A DNA stretch of 63,658 nucleotides, the filler included, from Diploschistes diacapsis (Eukaryota), in the NCBI GenBank assembly GCA_023645945.1. It is 28 parts of 28 records of this genome, joined end to end, with 100 filler letters (N's around TTAATTAATTAA, not from the genome) between each part and the next. Parts side by side here need not be neighbours in the genome. Positions count along the whole stretch, not along the records: positions 62,210 to 63,658 come from JALAIB010003071.1; 27 more parts are not named here. One strand, written 5' to 3'. The notes beneath the pieces were generated by a model. It was not told the origin of the DNA, did no database searches, and saw nothing but the letters and a program-made list of their open reading frames with translations. The position numbers and the translations under genes were made by a program. Shown here piece after piece: positions 62,210 through 63,658 of the stretch; position 1 is the first letter of the stretch; each line of letters begins with the position of its first letter.

Positions 62210-63275
62210 ATATATTTCCATTAAGGTTTCTTTATTTTATTTAATTAACCTAACGTATTCTTAAAACTTCGCCGTGTATTCTAAAACCGAGTTTCTTTAA
62301 TTAATTATTTTGATAACTCGAATCGCATATTCCTTATCGTTAATAATATCGAAGGTTAATCGGACTTATTTTTTAAATCTCGTAAAATTTTTAAATATTC
62401 CGTAATTATTTTTTTAATTTCTTAAATATGCGTCGAGATAAAGTTTCATATATATTAATACGCGGTTACGCATAAATCCTACGGCGAAGACGGTTCGTTT
62501 TTCTTGATCGTTTATGATATACGGGTTCCAGTAAAAGTATATTAAGAATTAAAGTATCTAATACTTTAGTTTCTTACGATCTTTATAGAACGTTATTAAT
62601 TTTATAACTTTCATAATGGATTCTTTATACGATTTATTTTCGTCGGGTTTATCGTCACTTCCGAGATCGTCGCCTTTAGCTTCCGTAATATCCACTATCG
62701 AGACATCGGTTTCACCCGATGGCGTTACTATCTTAAATGTTTTAAATGATACGGATTTAACCATCAATGGCGATCGCCCGGTTATACTACCTAATACAGT
62801 CATTCTTAAAGATGTTCAAGTATTATAATCTTTATCTATATAAGGTATATATAAGTAAAATTAAGGTAAGTTTGATCTCTATTAGAAAAGGAGTATAAAT
62901 AAGAGAAAAAGGTAAAACAATTATAGATCTTAAATTGTTTCTGGAAAGAAGGCTTTTTAAGGATAGAAATAACGAATATAAATTGATCCCGAGTAATAAT
63001 TAGGGATATTTATAAAAATGAACACGTTCTGAATTTATGAAAACCATGGCGACGTTTTTATATAATTAACAGTTCCTTTAATAAAGTAGATGAGTAGATG
63101 AACAGAATTATCGTTCTTTCTTTCTATTTATAGCTGAGTAGAATGGTCTTTCAGACCTTTTACTTATCACGTGACCCGTGTCACCTTGATTGGACTATAT
63201 ATAACGAATGGTTGGGAAGTGCCCGACTAGCTGTTGCGTGCCAAGTACTACCGACTAGTACCTTGGATCGTAACA
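62210..63275 (-). mobile_element. Gypsy 5' LTR (62821-63275) and gag remnant
   Basis: Homologous to 106-980. The LTR start matches 40201. Confidence 0.82.
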
Positions 63276-63658
63276 CTAACGACGGTGGATTAACGTAAAT
63301 CACGAAAGAATTATATATTATCGACGATTTACGAATAAACGTGTTTATAAAGATCGATATATTAAATTTAAAGCGATTTTTGATAGACTTTTAAAGACAT
63401 ATTGCCATTATTAGAAGTTATATTAATTTAAAAGTTTTAATCTTAATTATAGCGATAAAAAAGATTACGATTATAATATTCGTCGAAAATATATCGACGA
63501 TATTTTTTAAGACGGTGATATTAATGCCTGTCATTGGTTTAAAGGGTATATTTCTAATATTATTATAGAATCGGAACTTTCTATTTTAATTTAAACGATA
63601 GCGATATCTTTCGATATACGTACACGTTATCGATCATAGTATCAACGCGGTACTAATA

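Overview
This window is eukaryotic, from a filamentous ascomycete (Pezizomycotina). It is not one locus. It is a concatenation of unplaced contigs joined by artificial ~100-bp linkers (N-run TTAATTAATTAA N-run), so adjacency across a linker means nothing. Most contigs are ~1.45 kb of AT-rich, RIP-mutated and often nested transposon debris: Ty3/Gypsy, Ty1/Copia, Fot1/pogo, Tc1, a hAT-like MITE and a probable Helitron. A few carry GC-rich fragments of housekeeping genes (SEC13, ERG6, MRPS9, probable U1-70K), a deleted LYS1 copy and a RIP-destroyed reducing PKS. One 21.6-kb contig (7821-29429) is genic. In order it holds a Dabb-domain 3' exon, an NRPS pseudogene, a solo LTR, a two-gene ADP-ribosyltransferase (ART) cassette, gamma-tubulin, a PTH11-like membrane protein, a full-length Tc1 element, a GT71 mannosyltransferase, PMP3 and a CFEM membrane protein. 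The best candidate for an undescribed system is the ART cassette. Gene 1 is PPxY + ubiquitin-like domain ending in LRIRGG + NEURL4-type ART. Gene 2 is a six-exon Zn-finger PARP-like ART lacking the NAD-binding His. The pair is bracketed by ~200-bp diverged direct repeats that contain a tRNA-Leu-like 3' half. A second striking signal is a cluster of five GGTAAG 5' splice-site motifs, one in a hairpin, in the 3' region of the probable U1-70K gene. Family assignments are from remembered motifs; no searches were run.
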